Source: Promethearchaeota archaeon (lineage in GTDB: Archaea; Asgardarchaeota; Lokiarchaeia; Sigyniarchaeales; SOKP01). From it: 64,000 nucleotides of DNA. Under the pieces are notes generated by a model, which did not search any database, had not been told where the DNA came from, and saw nothing but the letters and a program-made list of their open reading frames with translations. This document shows, piece by piece, positions 18,395-29,350 of this stretch; position 1 is the stretch's first letter, and every line of letters begins with the position of its first letter. The stretch covers positions 50,661 through 114,660 of the forward strand of contig JALGVJ010000009.1 in NCBI GenBank assembly GCA_029838195.1, written 5' to 3'. The translations under genes and the position numbers were made by a program.

Positions 18395-19621
18395 TCATTT
18401 ATTGGTAATAGGTTTAATTAAAAGGGCAAGGACCGCGGCGATTATCGATAGCGTGCCTAAGAAGATATATAACGTGAAGTACCCTCCAAAGGCCAGAACG
18501 ATTTGATTTACAGCAACCGCTCCGATGAAACCGGCCACGCCATAGGCAGTGAACATGGCGCCATAATTTGAGCCAAGATTTTTCGTGCCGAACATGTCGC
18601 TGGTAGCCGTGGGGAAAAGAGAAAGATTTCCTCCGAAGCAAAACATGATGAGTCCCGTGAACAGGAAGTAAAAAGGGATGCTCATGTTAGTCATAAAATA
18701 AAAATAAAATAAGAATGCTTGGAGAATCATCATAATGATGAGTGCTTTTTTGAAGTTTAAGAGATCAGCTAATTTTCCCCAGGAGATTCTCCCGAGTCCA
18801 TTAAATAGTGCTCCAATGCTTCCCGTTAATACGATTAAATCTGCGCTATTTATGAGATAATTAGGATCCGATTTTGCGAAGGAGCCGTATGTCCCGATAA
18901 GCATCAAGCCACACATGGCGGAAAGAAAATAGGAGCCCCACATTAACCAGAATTGCATTTTTTTTACTATTTCTCTCCTTTCAAAATCCCTTGAAGAAAT
19001 TAAGCTTCCTTCTTTAGGAGCAGGAGGCATCCAACCAGAAGGCATGTAGCCTTCGGGAGGGTCGAGCATGAAAGCCGAGCCAATGATGAGGAATGCAAAA
19101 TAGAACATTGCAAGCAAGATGAACATGAGCGGAATGCCAAGAGGCGCAAAAAACTTGATCAAGTAATTAAAGATGAAGGAGCCAGCACCAAATCCGGCCA
19201 CGGCGACACCGGTAATCATCCCTTTTTTATCCGGAAACCAGAGATTGGCAATAGCTATCGGAACAACATAAGCCAATCCAATCCCGAGTCCAAACATTAA
19301 ACCATAAGTGAGTAGCAATCCGATGAGCGTGGTCATGGTCGCGGAAAGGAATACACCTGTTGCAATGACGATAGCTCCAATGAGAACGGTTTTTTGCGGT
19401 CCCACTTTCTTAACAAGCGCTCCCGCTTGAATCATGGTCACGGCAAAAGCAATTAATCCAATCCCGAAGATATAAATAGTTTCAGCAGGATCCCTTCCTA
19501 AATAAGGACTCACGAACACGGTAAGCGTGCCCCAACTGTAGATTGACCCAAGAGCTAATTGAATGAGTATGGCGCCTATTACTACGTACCACCGATTTTT
19601 TTCTAATAATTCTTTAAACAT
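18395..19621 (-). CDS. MFS transporter, OFA (oxalate:formate antiporter) family
   Basis: 12 hydrophobic segments; WFPDKKGMITGVAVAGFGAG; FNGLGRISWGKLAD; FGTKNLGSNYG. Confidence 0.9.
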   Translation of the reverse strand: MFKELLEKNRWYVVIGAILIQLALGSIYSWGTLTVFVSPYLGRDPAETIYIFGIGLIAFAVTMIQAGALVKKVGPQKTVLIGAIVIATGVFLSATMTTLIGLLLTYGLMFGLGIGLAYVVPIAIANLWFPDKKGMITGVAVAGFGAGSFIFNYLIKFFAPLGIPLMFILLAMFYFAFLIIGSAFMLDPPEGYMPSGWMPPAPKEGSLISSRDFERREIVKKMQFWLMWGSYFLSAMCGLMLIGTYGSFAKSDPNYLINSADLIVLTGSIGALFNGLGRISWGKLADLLNFKKALIIMMILQAFLFYFYFMTNMSIPFYFLFTGLIMFCFGGNLSLFPTATSDMFGTKNLGSNYGAMFTAYGVAGFIGAVAVNQIVLAFGGYFTLYIFLGTLSIIAAVLALLIKPITNK

Positions 19622-20194
19622 GGTTCCTAACCTCGATTTTTTTTATTTTAATAGTAGATACCATTGAAAAAAGATGATTTGATTTATTGAGAGGAAATTT
19701 TTGTTTTTTAAAAATATTTCAATTTTAAACCATTAACTTTTAATAGAATCACTGAAAAGCATGTACGGCTCGGTAATGGTGTTTTTTTAAAAAACATTTT
19801 TACATTAATAATATATTCATGGTGATTTATTCCGTTTTCATATAGAACTTGCTGATCGGCGTAATAAATCAAAATTTCATGGTTTTTTGATGAAATTGTG
19901 AATTTTATTTAAAACGCGTGGAGTGGATCGTAGAATTATAAGGAGTATAGATATTTCTTTTTCCGATATTCGATTTTTTATAGAGAGAACAAGAGATGAC
20001 AAAGTGTATATAAGTGTTTATGGATGAAAAATAGCTTGTCATTAAAGGGTCAAGTTTCCTTACTTCTAAATGGAGAAGGAATGAAGTTTAAACTATTAAT
20101 AAAAGTTTTCCCAGATTAAAAAGATTTATTTGTAAAATTTATTTATTTTCCGTAGTCATGTTATTATAAATTATAGAGAGATTAGGTATATGAA

Positions 20195-21841
20195 ATGAGT
20201 ATATTAATTAAAAATGGAACCGTCGTAGACGGAACAGGGACCACAGCTTTTAAAGCGGATATTCTAATAGAAGGAGATAAAATTCAAAAAATAGGAGAAA
20301 ATCTTTCGAAAGAAGGAGCAAGAATAATTAATGCTAAGCATAGAATTGTGTGCCCTGGTTTCATTGACATGCATAATCACAGCGATCTTACGCTGTTTCA
20401 ATCGCTAAACGTGGAGCCTTATATACTGCAGGGGTGTACAACTCTTGCAGTTGGGATGTGTGGCTTGGGAATCAGTCCGGCTAACGAAAAAGTGAAAGAA
20501 CAATATTTTAATTTCCTCAATAAAGCATTCATTTCCACCGAACAAATTTTTGAAACGCTTCAAGATTATTTTGATGCCATTGAGAAAAACGGAGGAGTCT
20601 CCATTAATTTAGCATTTTTTATTCCTCAAGGAAACGTGAGGGCTTACGTCATGGGATCTGAGGAGCGCCCGGCATCATCGACAGAATTAGAAGCCATGAG
20701 AGAAATTGTGAGGGAAAACATGAAAGCAGGAGCGTTTGGATTATCATCAGGGTTGGTTTATCCCCCGGGATCAATCACTTCCACTGAAGAGCTCATTGAG
20801 TTATCGAAAGTAGTGAGTGAATTTGATGGACTTTATGATTCTCACATGAGAAATGAAGGCTCGGGCGTCATAGATATTGGAATGAGTGAATTAGTACGAA
20901 TCGCTCGGGAAGCTAACGTTAGGGCGCATATTTCGCATTGGAGCGTTATAAGCAAGCATGCATTGGACATGACGCCGAAAGTGATTGATTATATTAGAAA
21001 AGCCCGTGAAGAAGGTCTTCAAATCACGGCAGACGTTACGGTTTATGATGATGGGTCAACCAGTCTTTCATTCATTCTTTTACCAACTTGGGTCTTTCAA
21101 GATTTCGAAAAAAATTTGACTGATCCCGCCATGAGGAGGAAAATCATAAACGAAGTGTTTCAAAAGCTTTATTCCATGTTTTTAGCGGATGCTCCCCTTT
21201 ATATAAAATTGATTCCAAAAAGCATCTTAAAGAAGATGATCTTTAAAGGCTTGGCGAAGAGTACGGGTATCATTAGTACAACTCATAATAGGGAAGTCGA
21301 AGGAAAGTCGATCTATGATGCCTTGCGCGAATTGTATCCCGATAAAAAAATCGAAGATGCCTTGTTAGATTTTATTAAAGCAGAAGAGGGGGGCATTATG
21401 ATTCGCGTGAAACATAAAGACGAGTTGAAAAGCGTCATACCCATTTTTAAGCAAGAATTTGTTTGCCCCAGTTCTGATGGATTTTTAGAAATGGAAAAAA
21501 ACACCCATCCCCGTTCCTATGGAGCTTTTGCTCGCGTCCTTCAGCGGTGGGTTCGTGAAATGAAGGTTGTTTCCTTAGACGAAGCTATCAGGAAAATGAC
21601 CTCACTTCCGGCATCTATTTTAAAATTACCCGATAGAGGGCTCATAAAAGAAGGTTATAAAGCGGATATAGTGATATTTGATCCGGAGAGGATTGAAGAG
21701 AAAGGAACGATACAAAATGGGCGTCAGCATCCTGAAGGGATTGATTACGTGATCGTAAATGGTGTCATAACGGCAGAAAAAGGGAAGCATGTGGGCGTTC
21801 GAAATGGGGTCATACTAAAAAATTATAATCGAAAAAAATAA
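20195..21841 (+). CDS. N-acyl-D-amino-acid deacylase / amidohydrolase 3 family
   Basis: PGFIDMHNHSD, GLSSGLVYPPG, SHMRNE, HISH, HPRSYGAF, ADIVIFD. Confidence 0.9.
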   Translation: MSILIKNGTVVDGTGTTAFKADILIEGDKIQKIGENLSKEGARIINAKHRIVCPGFIDMHNHSDLTLFQSLNVEPYILQGCTTLAVGMCGLGISPANEKVKEQYFNFLNKAFISTEQIFETLQDYFDAIEKNGGVSINLAFFIPQGNVRAYVMGSEERPASSTELEAMREIVRENMKAGAFGLSSGLVYPPGSITSTEELIELSKVVSEFDGLYDSHMRNEGSGVIDIGMSELVRIAREANVRAHISHWSVISKHALDMTPKVIDYIRKAREEGLQITADVTVYDDGSTSLSFILLPTWVFQDFEKNLTDPAMRRKIINEVFQKLYSMFLADAPLYIKLIPKSILKKMIFKGLAKSTGIISTTHNREVEGKSIYDALRELYPDKKIEDALLDFIKAEEGGIMIRVKHKDELKSVIPIFKQEFVCPSSDGFLEMEKNTHPRSYGAFARVLQRWVREMKVVSLDEAIRKMTSLPASILKLPDRGLIKEGYKADIVIFDPERIEEKGTIQNGRQHPEGIDYVIVNGVITAEKGKHVGVRNGVILKNYNRKK

Positions 21842-21954
21842 TTGTTTCTTTTCTTTTTTGTTATTTGAGCTTCTTTTTGAAAAGCGAGCTCAGAGAATAT
21901 ATTATTTTTATTCGTGCAATTAGATGTTTAAAAACAAGTTTTTAATTTTTTATC

Positions 21955-23325
21955 ATGGAAAAAATAACTCGTGAAGAATTAATTCGAAGATCGAAAATTC
22001 CGGGCGTGAATGCTTTAAAAATGCATCTTTTTTATCAAGGAAAGATGCAAGTCATGCCAAAATGCCAGATTAGGTCGTTTGAGGATTTTGGTATTTGGTA
22101 TTCTCCCGGAGTAGCAGCGCCCTGTCGAGAAATCCATAAAAATAAAGAAAAAGTTTATGATTTTACGAGCAAGTGGAATCATGTAGCGGTGGTAAGCGAT
22201 GGATCAAGGGTGTTGGGGCTCGGAAACATTGGTCCAGAAGCATCACTTCCGGTCATGGAGGGAAAGGCGCTATTATTTAAATATTTAGGAGGAGTGGATG
22301 CTTTTCCATTGAGTATTGGATATGGGGATTGTTGTACGGCGGAGCAAATAATCGATTTTGTTAAAATGATTCAACCTACCTTTGGTGGCGTGAATTTAGA
22401 GGACATTAGCTCTCCTAAATGTTTTAAGGTATTGGATACATTACGGAGCGATCCGGAACTAAATATTCCCGTCTGGCATGATGATCAACAGGGAACGGCA
22501 TGCGTTACATTAGCAGCCCTCATCAATTCATTGAAGATTGTCGGTAAGAAAAAAAAAGAAATAAAAATAGTATTCAATGGTGTGGGAGCATCTAATTTTG
22601 CAATTGCGCGTTTATTAAAAGAAGATGGGTTTGATCTTAAAAAGGCATTATTCGTTGACTCCAAGGGAATATTATATAAAGGGCGGTCTGATTTAACAAA
22701 TCTCGAGAATTACAAACACGGAATTGCGAAAGTGAGTAATCCGGAGGAAATTAGGGGAGATTGTGGGGTAGCGTTGGAAGGAGCAGATGTCTTGATCTCT
22801 TTAAGCGTGCCGGGACCAGGAGTCATCAAAAAAGAATGGATTTCGCATATGGCAGAGGATCCAATCGTTTTTGCGTGTGCTAATCCGGTGCCTGAAATAT
22901 TCCCTTGGGATGCTAAGGAAGCGGGAGCGAGAATCGTAGCAACGGGACGTTCTGATTTCCCTAATCAAGTGAATAATTCCTTGGGATTTCCCGGTATTTT
23001 CAGGGGCACATTGGATGTTCGAGCTAAAACGATAACTGATGAGATGTGTATTGCTGCAGCGCATGCATTAGCAAATATTGTTTCAGAAATTCCAGAATGC
23101 CTTACGGAAGATTGTATCATTCCTACGATGGAATATGAAGATTTGTTCGTGAAAGAAGCCGTTGCAGTAGGATTAACCGCCATTAGGCAGGGAATTGCCC
23201 GCTTGAAATTTTCTGAAGAAGAATTAAAAAAAAAAGCCCGAACCATAATTGATTTAGCGCAAGGTCAATATAAAGCTCTATTGAAAGCAGGGTTCATTCC
23301 CGAATTTACAGATTACGTATCATGA
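21955..23325 (+). CDS. NAD(P)-dependent malic enzyme
   Basis: YSPGVA, LGLGNIG, PVMEGK, NLEDI, HDDQQGTA, ATGRSDFPNQVNN. Confidence 0.95.
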   Translation: MEKITREELIRRSKIPGVNALKMHLFYQGKMQVMPKCQIRSFEDFGIWYSPGVAAPCREIHKNKEKVYDFTSKWNHVAVVSDGSRVLGLGNIGPEASLPVMEGKALLFKYLGGVDAFPLSIGYGDCCTAEQIIDFVKMIQPTFGGVNLEDISSPKCFKVLDTLRSDPELNIPVWHDDQQGTACVTLAALINSLKIVGKKKKEIKIVFNGVGASNFAIARLLKEDGFDLKKALFVDSKGILYKGRSDLTNLENYKHGIAKVSNPEEIRGDCGVALEGADVLISLSVPGPGVIKKEWISHMAEDPIVFACANPVPEIFPWDAKEAGARIVATGRSDFPNQVNNSLGFPGIFRGTLDVRAKTITDEMCIAAAHALANIVSEIPECLTEDCIIPTMEYEDLFVKEAVAVGLTAIRQGIARLKFSEEELKKKARTIIDLAQGQYKALLKAGFIPEFTDYVS

Positions 23326-23499
23326 CTAAAAGATTTCTTTTTGAGATGGCAAATTTCATTTTAGATTTCTCCTTTTTTTTACTTCTACATGATATTCTCG
23401 AGAATGAAATTCCCATTACTCTCCCTTAATGTATTAAAATTAGGTTTAATTTATTTTTCTTGTAATTGAGAATTTGGTTTAGAGAGGAACGGATTTTTT

Positions 23500-25239
23500 A
23501 TGAATTTTAAAAGGCTCGTGTTAAGCGGAATTTTTTTAGCCATATTTATCATGGGTGCTTGTTTATTATGTACTACTCCGATTTCAGTGAAAATATATTC
23601 AAACGTGAAGATTCAAAAAGAAAATGGGGATTTTATCTATATAAATATAATTTCTCCTCAAGAAACCTTGTTTCAACAAGAAAATGGTTATGAGAAAAAA
23701 AACGTGATTTTTTTACTTCATGATGGATGGCAAAATAAAGAAACCATGAAAGCTTTAGGAATTGAGCTCGCTACTGCGGGCTTCCTAATCGTGAGTCTTG
23801 ATTTTAGAGGGTTAGGGAGAAGTTCTCTCACAAATAACATTTCAGAATGGAAAAATGATATCGCAACCGTCAAGGCGTATCTTCTTGAAGCAAGAAATGA
23901 AATCAATAGAGAAGCCTTTGGTCTAATAGGACATGGTCTTGGAGGAATAATGGGATATTCTTACCTTAAAAATGATTTAGATATCAAGGCTTACGTGGGA
24001 ATAGGTACGGGACTTTCCTATTTCTCCGATGATATCATTAAAGTGAAGTCGAGATTTTTAAATCTCCTCATCATTCATCCAAAACACGATCAAACTGTTC
24101 ATTTAATAGACATAAAATCGGGTATGGCAGCACGTTTAAATGTTCAAAATCCTGATGTTGATGTGAATAAGCTTTATGGTGATTTCCAAGAAGGTACGGC
24201 ATCAATGATTTATTTAGATGATAATAGTAATCATTTAACAGCAATATGGGATTCAAATATTTTAAGAATGGCTCGTTTTTGGATGGTTAACTCCTTTCCT
24301 CATGTTAATGCCGTGGATGAGAACTTTCATGCTAATTTTCGAGCATTAATTTTAATCATTCAATTAATAGGGGGTTTGGGATTTTATTTTTCAATTTTTA
24401 GTCCTATTTCGAAACTCTTTTTAGGAACAAACAATTCGAGAAAAATAAGGATAAATATTCATCCATTAACTTTTCGAGGCATTCCCATAAGGCTCATTAC
24501 ATATCCCGTTGTTTTTAGTTTCCCTGTTATTGTCTTGTTTTCTCCCATCATGTTTTTCATACCCTTGCCCGTTACAGGGTTTATCTTAACTCTATTCCTC
24601 GGACAAGCAACTGGTTTTTTGATACTATCTTGGAGGATAGGAAAAAGAACTAAGATGAGAGTTAGAGATTTTATTGAATTGCCTTTTAGAGAAAAAAAAA
24701 GCCGGATCTTTATCAAAATTGCTTTAGGAATTATTCTTTTTGCTATTTTATTTGGAATCTTATACTTATCCATCGGAATGAATTATTTAGGAATTGTCCC
24801 ACCATTTTTAAAGATTCCCTTTATTGCCGTTCATGGACTCATTGGAGCGTTCATTTTATTAGTGGAAGACATGATTTTTCGATTAATAATTCACTCACGA
24901 TACCCCTTTATCCGGAAAAACTTGATTAAAATGGCGCTGGTGTCTTTTGGATACCAATCCTTCTATTATTTCACGTATATTTTGAGTTTTTGCATCCATT
25001 TGGGTAATTATCATTATTTTGGAATATACATGCCAATTGGTCTTCCCGTTCTTTTATTAATTTCGTTCATTTCTTCAATTTCTTATCAAAAAACGGGTAA
25101 TGTTTTGACCGGCATGACAATCAACACTTTATTCATCATTCCTTTTCTCTGCACGCTCTCATTTCCTCAAAATGGTTTCACGTTCGTTTTCGATTACGTG
25201 CATCGAGTTATTGCTAATTATCTTGCTATGTATCCCTAA
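23500..25239 (+). CDS. Membrane-bound alpha/beta-hydrolase-fold protein (N-terminal anchor, polytopic C-terminal half)
   Basis: LDFRGLGRS and GLIGHGLGG (nucleophile elbow without Ser), followed by about 8 TM helices. Confidence 0.7.
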   Translation: MNFKRLVLSGIFLAIFIMGACLLCTTPISVKIYSNVKIQKENGDFIYINIISPQETLFQQENGYEKKNVIFLLHDGWQNKETMKALGIELATAGFLIVSLDFRGLGRSSLTNNISEWKNDIATVKAYLLEARNEINREAFGLIGHGLGGIMGYSYLKNDLDIKAYVGIGTGLSYFSDDIIKVKSRFLNLLIIHPKHDQTVHLIDIKSGMAARLNVQNPDVDVNKLYGDFQEGTASMIYLDDNSNHLTAIWDSNILRMARFWMVNSFPHVNAVDENFHANFRALILIIQLIGGLGFYFSIFSPISKLFLGTNNSRKIRINIHPLTFRGIPIRLITYPVVFSFPVIVLFSPIMFFIPLPVTGFILTLFLGQATGFLILSWRIGKRTKMRVRDFIELPFREKKSRIFIKIALGIILFAILFGILYLSIGMNYLGIVPPFLKIPFIAVHGLIGAFILLVEDMIFRLIIHSRYPFIRKNLIKMALVSFGYQSFYYFTYILSFCIHLGNYHYFGIYMPIGLPVLLLISFISSISYQKTGNVLTGMTINTLFIIPFLCTLSFPQNGFTFVFDYVHRVIANYLAMYP

Positions 25240-25457
25240 ACCTTATCCGATTTTAAAATAAGTCAATAGCAAGATAAATGAATAATTAAATGAATTTTAA
25301 ATAGTTTCTCATTTTCATAATACAATTAGATAAAATTTAATCGCGAAAATACGGCGTGTATTAATAATTTTTTTAATCAAGACTTTTTCTGTAATCCGCT
25401 TTTAGTTGTTTTTGGATTTTATGGTTCCTTTGGGCGTTAAAAGACTTCAAAAGCAGC

Positions 25458-26753
25458 TCAAGAGCGATTTTTTTTCTGCCATTCAAAATAGCTTTCAGGG
25501 AGGCTTGAAATATAAGCGGGAGTAATTTCATCTAAAGCATAATCTCCTTCATCATATACCGCCTTTCTTAATTTCCAGATATCCCCTTCTTTCGTCCATA
25601 TATGAGGATTCCTAAACTTGTCAACGATCCTCCAAAATTCATCAGCCGTGATCTGGGTGTACTCTAAAAATTCTTTGAACCACCTTTTTGGAAATTCTCC
25701 ATCATACCGCTTCACTAAAGATACTCCCTCTTCCCGCGTGATATGACCATCACGAATTTCATGAGCAGCATCAGAAGTACATCGCCCAATTCCAAATTTT
25801 ATAAAGGCCATGTAAAAATGAAAACCATCTGTTTGATCATCCAAGCTGGCATATTTAGAATAGGTCCCCTCCGAGCGCCCTTCTGGGTTAGCTTCAAATC
25901 CCGTGTGCTCCGCAGCAAGATAATAATTTTCTTGGGGTATCCATTTGTGATAATAAGAAAACCAGTGAAATTGAATCCCTAAATCCTTCATCTCTTTAAT
26001 ATCCGGAGGCCTATAAAACCTCAAATCACTTTCATCAAAATCGTTTTCAGTAAAATAATCCGTCTCTTCCAATCCATATTTTATTAAATCATCAACCGTA
26101 ATGCCCTTGAAATATTGCTCCGCCCACAGCTCAAAAGGCATCCCCCGAAGATTATATACGCGAGGATCCCCTGAATATTCAGCTTCTCCATTTTCTCCAA
26201 AAAAAACTAATTTTACATCAAAAGCTTTTGCAATGTGAAAAGCATAGCAGACCTGGCCATAAGTGAAAGGCTGCCAAGCATCGCCGACAGCTTCCAATGA
26301 AATTCTAGACAATTTTCGATGGAGATGGCCATTGGGCCATGCCATTAAATTATTAAAACCCCCTACTTTAATGAAATTACGAAAATTTTTATAACCGATT
26401 GGCGTGTATTCGAAGGGAGCCCACGTAATCGTGAGAGGATGCATGTTAAATTTATATTTTAAAGTCCATGCCACGCGGGCCGAGTCTTTTCCCCCGCTGA
26501 CGGGAATGATCACGTCATAGCGACCATCATTTCTGCGATACTCATCGCAGAGATTTGCTAGCATTTCTTCTCTTTCTTTCCAATCGATTTCATGATTTTT
26601 GATGTCGGTGAACTTGCAAGCCCCGCAAATTCCATCTTTAGTCCAATGAATTCTAGGTCTTTGATTGGAAACCACGCATCTACGACAGAATTTTATTTCC
26701 TTGGGTAATTTAGGAATTTGTCTATCGAGTATTTTTTGGCTAACCATATTCAA
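25458..26753 (-). CDS. N-acetyl sugar amidotransferase (WbpG/WbuX/PseA/AglX-like)
   Basis: CRRCV, CGAC, PP-loop VSGGKDS, GENGEAEY, KFGIGR, EIRDGHITREE. Confidence 0.9.
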   Translation of the reverse strand: MNMVSQKILDRQIPKLPKEIKFCRRCVVSNQRPRIHWTKDGICGACKFTDIKNHEIDWKEREEMLANLCDEYRRNDGRYDVIIPVSGGKDSARVAWTLKYKFNMHPLTITWAPFEYTPIGYKNFRNFIKVGGFNNLMAWPNGHLHRKLSRISLEAVGDAWQPFTYGQVCYAFHIAKAFDVKLVFFGENGEAEYSGDPRVYNLRGMPFELWAEQYFKGITVDDLIKYGLEETDYFTENDFDESDLRFYRPPDIKEMKDLGIQFHWFSYYHKWIPQENYYLAAEHTGFEANPEGRSEGTYSKYASLDDQTDGFHFYMAFIKFGIGRCTSDAAHEIRDGHITREEGVSLVKRYDGEFPKRWFKEFLEYTQITADEFWRIVDKFRNPHIWTKEGDIWKLRKAVYDEGDYALDEITPAYISSLPESYFEWQKKNRS

Positions 26754-26780
26754 TTCAATTTTTTTAATGAGTTTTACTAT

Positions 26781-27461
26781 TTATATCCCATATAATGTAC
26801 AAAATTTATTTAACATTTTCAATCCTTCTTTTGCACTTTTCTCAGGATGGTATTGCGTTCCGCTAATATTATCTTTTTTTACCACGGCACAGAATTCTTG
26901 CCCTCCATAAACGGACGTAGCTAAAATGGTATCTTCTTCTTCTGGCACGGGATAAAATGAGTGAACAAAAAATACATCTGTTCCTGGTTCGGTGGATTCT
27001 AGCAGAGTGCCTTTCCATCGTGTTAGATCTTTTGTAGAGACAATTTCTGGTAATTGTAGTTCATTCCATCCCATGTGGGGTACCTTGTATCCTTCAATGT
27101 TTACTTCTTGCGGAGGCTTGAAGGGAATGACCCTGCCAAGTATTAAATTTAACCCTTCATGGCGACCAAATTCTTCACTTTCCGAAAACAACATTTGCAT
27201 TCCTAAACAAATCCCCAGCAAGGGAGTTCCTTCTTCTACTTTTTCTCGAATGGGTTCTATTAATCCTCTTACTCGCAATCCTTCCATGCCATCACCAAAT
27301 GCTCCAATACCGGGCAATATGAGGCACTTGGCTTCAATAACTTCTTCGGGAGTTTCAATGATTTTAAAACTCTTGCCAATTTTCCGAAAAGCCATGCTCA
27401 CGCTTTTTAAATTATTAATTCCATAATTAATAATACTTACATCAGGAATTTTTGAATTCAT
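26781..27461 (-). CDS. hisH: HisH-like glutamine amidotransferase subunit (HisH2/WbuY/AglY type)
   Basis: LPGIGAF, GICLGMQ, VPHMGWN, FVHSF, QYHPEKS; sits in an operon with the sugar amidotransferase. Confidence 0.88.
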   Translation of the reverse strand: MNSKIPDVSIINYGINNLKSVSMAFRKIGKSFKIIETPEEVIEAKCLILPGIGAFGDGMEGLRVRGLIEPIREKVEEGTPLLGICLGMQMLFSESEEFGRHEGLNLILGRVIPFKPPQEVNIEGYKVPHMGWNELQLPEIVSTKDLTRWKGTLLESTEPGTDVFFVHSFYPVPEEEDTILATSVYGGQEFCAVVKKDNISGTQYHPEKSAKEGLKMLNKFCTLYGI

Positions 27462-27463
27462 TT

Positions 27464-28228
27464 TTACCAGGTCATTCTCACGGGAATGTCATATTTTTTT
27501 AATTCATTTTTAATTTCTGGGATGGTGGTCATGTTATAATGAAGAATGGATGCAATGGCAATAGAATCTGCCTTGCATTTTTTTATACACGTGATTATAT
27601 CCTCAATACATCCTGCCCCCCCCGATACAATTACGGGGATGGAAATTTCCTCGATAACCCTTGAAATTAATTCTAAATCAAAACCTTTTTTAGTTCCTTC
27701 TTGGTCGATCGATGTCAATAAGATTTCTCCGGCCCCTAATTCCTCTCCTCTTTTTGCCCATTCGATCACATCCAAACCAGTCCGTTCTCGCCCATTATTG
27801 GTGTAAGCTTCCCATTTCTCTTCGCCTTGTTTTTTTGCTTCAATGCTTAACACGATGCATTGAGAACCAAAAGTATGACTTGCTTTAGCGATCAAATCGG
27901 GATTGATGGTGGCAGCAGTATTAATAGCAACTTTATCAGCACCCGCTTTGAGAAATTCTCGAATGTCATCGATGGTTCGAATCCCGCCTCCCACCGTGAA
28001 TGGAATGAAAATCTTATCGGAGGCTTCATGAACGATGTTGAGCAAGTTTTCTCTCCTATATAAACTTGCGACAATATCAATATATAGAAGCTCATCTGCT
28101 CCCGATAAATAATATCGTTCTGCGAATTCACCGGGTTTTCCTACCACGCGAAGACATTCCAAATGTATGCCCTTGATCACATTTGGCCCCTTTACATCGA
28201 GTCTGGGAATGATCCGTATCTTTTTCAT
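27464..28228 (-). CDS. hisF: HisF-like cyclase (HisF2/WbuZ/AglZ type, acetamidino modification)
   Basis: [51 protein letters not shown]; the ASLY variant is typical of glycan-associated HisF2. Confidence 0.88.
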   Translation of the reverse strand: MKKIRIIPRLDVKGPNVIKGIHLECLRVVGKPGEFAERYYLSGADELLYIDIVASLYRRENLLNIVHEASDKIFIPFTVGGGIRTIDDIREFLKAGADKVAINTAATINPDLIAKASHTFGSQCIVLSIEAKKQGEEKWEAYTNNGRERTGLDVIEWAKRGEELGAGEILLTSIDQEGTKKGFDLELISRVIEEISIPVIVSGGAGCIEDIITCIKKCKADSIAIASILHYNMTTIPEIKNELKKYDIPVRMTW

Positions 28229-28323
28229 AACATGAGAAGTTTTGGGGGATAATTATGGAAATAAAATGAAACATTTTATAATGAATATTTCGAAAAATAT
28301 TAATAGCAAATGAATCTCTTTTC

Positions 28324-29349
28324 TTAATCGACTTTATAATATTTAAGCAAACCTTCTAAAATATCCGTGGCATCTGCGACTATACAGTAATCTGCAACCT
28401 TAAAGAGAGCACAATTTGGATCCTTATTAATGGCTACAATAGTTTTTGAGCGGGTAATCCCTACGACGTGTTGAATTGCGCCTGAAATGCCAAATGCGAT
28501 GTACAAATCGCAATTGATGGATTCTCCGCTGATTCCGATTTGAAGGTGTTCGGACATCCAACCTTCAATTATCGGGCGTCTCGTTCCTCCTACTTTCCCA
28601 TTCGTAAATCGTGCTAATTCAAATAATTTTTCGAAGTTTTCCTTGGTAGATAAACCATGTCCACCTCCAATTACAAATCGAGCGTCTGACAAGGTGGCGG
28701 TAGGCTTGTCTTTTCTGGTGGGTGTTCCGATGATTTTAATCTTAATGTTTCGATCATCAAAAGTATACTCTTTTTTAATAACTTCTATGGAGGATTTTCT
28801 CGACTTTTTCTTTATAAATGTTCCTCCGGTTATCGTGCACATTTGAGGCCTGGCATGAGGGCAAATAATTTTCACGTGAATATTTCCACCATAGGCGGGT
28901 TTATCTGTGAGAAGTAAATTCTTTCCATGCTCATCGCTTAATTCTAAATCTAATACATCACTCACGAGACCCGTTCTGCAGCGATAAGCAATTCTTGCTG
29001 CCAAGGAGTTACCGGCTTCGGTACTTGGAAACAAGAACACGGAAGGCTTGTATTCTTTAATCAAATCGTATACGAGTGATGTAAAAATACGTTCATGGTA
29101 ATGTTTTAAATTAGGATGACTAATATAGATGATTTTATCCACCCCATAGTCCTTGATCGTTTCCAAATATTGTTCGGCTTCAAGCGCTAACACGATGGCA
29201 ACGAGTTGTTGATCTAATTTATCTGCGATTTCTCTTGCCTTGCTTAAAATTTCTAAAGCGGTGTCATGAACTTCCTCGTGATCTTTAATTTCTGTAAAGA
29301 CCCATACGTCCTTGTACTCGGTCAAGTCGTGAACTTGTTGAGCGCTCAT
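28324..29349 (-). CDS. etfA: Electron transfer flavoprotein alpha subunit
   Basis: QIGISG, LYIAFGISGAIQHVVG, AINKDP. ATG 29349 preferred because 29388 overlaps etfB. Confidence 0.93.
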   Translation of the reverse strand: MSAQQVHDLTEYKDVWVFTEIKDHEEVHDTALEILSKAREIADKLDQQLVAIVLALEAEQYLETIKDYGVDKIIYISHPNLKHYHERIFTSLVYDLIKEYKPSVFLFPSTEAGNSLAARIAYRCRTGLVSDVLDLELSDEHGKNLLLTDKPAYGGNIHVKIICPHARPQMCTITGGTFIKKKSRKSSIEVIKKEYTFDDRNIKIKIIGTPTRKDKPTATLSDARFVIGGGHGLSTKENFEKLFELARFTNGKVGGTRRPIIEGWMSEHLQIGISGESINCDLYIAFGISGAIQHVVGITRSKTIVAINKDPNCALFKVADYCIVADATDILEGLLKYYKVD

Positions 29350-29350
29350 G

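Noticed and set aside
26781-28228. Histidine biosynthesis operon
   Set aside because: Linked to a sugar amidotransferase with no other his genes; sequence features fit the glycan-modifying paralogs.
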